From contig JAZQWJ010000037.1 of NCBI GenBank assembly GCA_045632285.1, forward strand, positions 22,251 through 86,250: a stretch of 64,000 nt of DNA, written 5' to 3'. The notes under the pieces were generated by a model. It was not told the origin of the DNA. It made no database searches and worked only from the letters and a program-made list of their open reading frames with translations. The translations under genes and the position numbers were made by a program. Shown one piece after another: positions 62,980 through 64,000 of the stretch (positions are counted from its first letter, which is position 1; each line of letters opens with the position of its first letter). The stretch comes from Eubacteriales bacterium. GTDB taxonomy: Bacteria; Bacillota; Clostridia; Oscillospirales; CAG-272.

Positions 62980-64000
62980 TCAATGTTCGCATTGTGCGAT
63001 CAGCATATCCTGCCACTGCTTATCAAGTGTGATAAAACGAGCGTTCCAGCCGGACACGCGCACAGAGAGCGTGCTGTACTCCTCCGGATTTTCCTGCGCC
63101 GCGCGCAGCACAGAGGCATCCACCACGTCGGGCTGCATAAAGAACCCGCCCAACGATACAAAGCCGCGTATCAAGGCAACAAGGGCATCGAGCCCCTCCT
63201 CGCCCGAAACGGCAGAGGGCAACAGCTTCAGATCCAATGCGGCCCCCGTCGCCATCTGTGTAAGATCGGCCTTGCAATAGGAGCGGATCACCGCGGTCGC
63301 GCCAAGCGTATCCGTGCCCGGCGTTGGAGAAAGATTTGGAGCCAAAACAGCACCGGCACGCTTTCCGTTTGGCGTGGCCAGGCGGTTAGGCGCCCACTCG
63401 ATCTGTCTGCCAAAGGTGCTGACTCCGGGTGGGAAGCGATAACCGCAGCGCCCCTCCAAGGTCTTGCAGGCGTCGGCGAAATCCGCAAGGATCCGTGCCG
63501 CAAGCAGATCGACCTCGTCATTGTCATTTCCGTAATATTTGTAAGCGTGCAGCACGTATTGGCGCAGTACCTCCTCGCCCTCCCAGTTATTATGCAAAAT
63601 TTGCATCAATGCGGGCAGGGTCACACGCTTTTCTTCATACACCAATTTTCGAATGGCATAAAGACTGTTGGCAGCGTCGGGCAGACCGCCGATATGAGGT
63701 GAGCAAACGTTGTAAACAGGGCCGCCCTCTAAGTACGAGCGTCCCTTTTCGATACACCCTTGCTCAAACAAGGATACTGCCGTACAAGGCGTGCGTTCGC
63801 GCCACGTATCCGACAGAACACCGTCCGCAAACAGCTTGGCTTGCTTTTGCAGGATCTGCTCTACGCACACCCTCAGATCCTTGATATACTGCGCGTAAAG
63901 CGCTTCAAAATTCGAAAAACTCACCCCGTCTGCGTACTTTTGTAACGTATGCTCCTGCAGCAAGCGCAAAGCGTCAAAGGGGATATAGCAGAAAAACGTC
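62980..64000 (-). CDS. Glycyl radical enzyme (PFL2/glycerol dehydratase-like family), C-terminal part; 5' end lies outside the window
   Basis: The frame stays open to the window edge. Glycyl radical loop STLSVRVSGWNARF close to the C-terminus. The upstream region is typical of PFL-like barrels. Confidence 0.75.
   Translation of the reverse strand, partial: TFFCYIPFDALRLLQEHTLQKYADGVSFSNFEALYAQYIKDLRVCVEQILQKQAKLFADGVLSDTWRERTPCTAVSLFEQGCIEKGRSYLEGGPVYNVCSPHIGGLPDAANSLYAIRKLVYEEKRVTLPALMQILHNNWEGEEVLRQYVLHAYKYYGNDNDEVDLLAARILADFADACKTLEGRCGYRFPPGVSTFGRQIEWAPNRLATPNGKRAGAVLAPNLSPTPGTDTLGATAVIRSYCKADLTQMATGAALDLKLLPSAVSGEEGLDALVALIRGFVSLGGFFMQPDVVDASVLRAAQENPEEYSTLSVRVSGWNARFITLDKQWQDMLIAQCEH

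Overview
This 64-kb window is almost fully coding and looks like a high-GC Gram-positive anaerobe. Clostridia or Oscillospiraceae-like is an inference from GGAGG ribosome-binding sites, lipobox lipoproteins and ferredoxin-centred metabolism; no search was run.

Layout, left to right:
1. GH2 glycosidase with a divergent AraC regulator.
2. A 15.5-kb minus-strand block. It encodes a giant membrane-anchored S8 protease, two lipoproteins (one an oversized family-5 binding protein) and an Opp-type peptide ABC importer.
3. An 8.3-kb plus-strand surface island. It holds three paralogous lipoproteins (one with a TlpA/CSPC thioredoxin fold), then a two-gene unit: a polytopic membrane protein ending in CTECIGLG and a NapH-like 4Fe-4S membrane protein fused to a thioredoxin (CGPC) domain that probably faces outward.
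4. tRNA-Ser; an ABC exporter with an extra N-terminal domain plus a DUF1854 partner; and a surface GDPD protein with a collagen-like tract.
5. A tRNA-Gly/Arg/His cluster followed by tandem copies of the tRNA-His 3' end, and an inverted-repeat-bracketed, AT-rich cassette with GTAG-headed palindromes.
6. Small accessory genes, and tRNA-Pro with the same 3'-end duplication.
7. A dense energy-conservation region: CoADR-rhodanese, a group-B-like [FeFe] hydrogenase, HydABC, NfnAB, and a lipoprotein-apbE-rnfCDGEA-NusG_II-Gx operon with no rnfB.
8. An MBL hydrolase, a second GDPD and the 3' part of a glycyl radical enzyme.

The best candidate for an undescribed system is the NapH-like::thioredoxin fusion with its CXXC membrane partner and the neighbouring TlpA lipoprotein. 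The tRNA-3'-end repeat architecture and the rnf-linked duplicated lipoprotein are the next most interesting.

All functional calls rest on motifs read by eye in the supplied translations. No database search was run.
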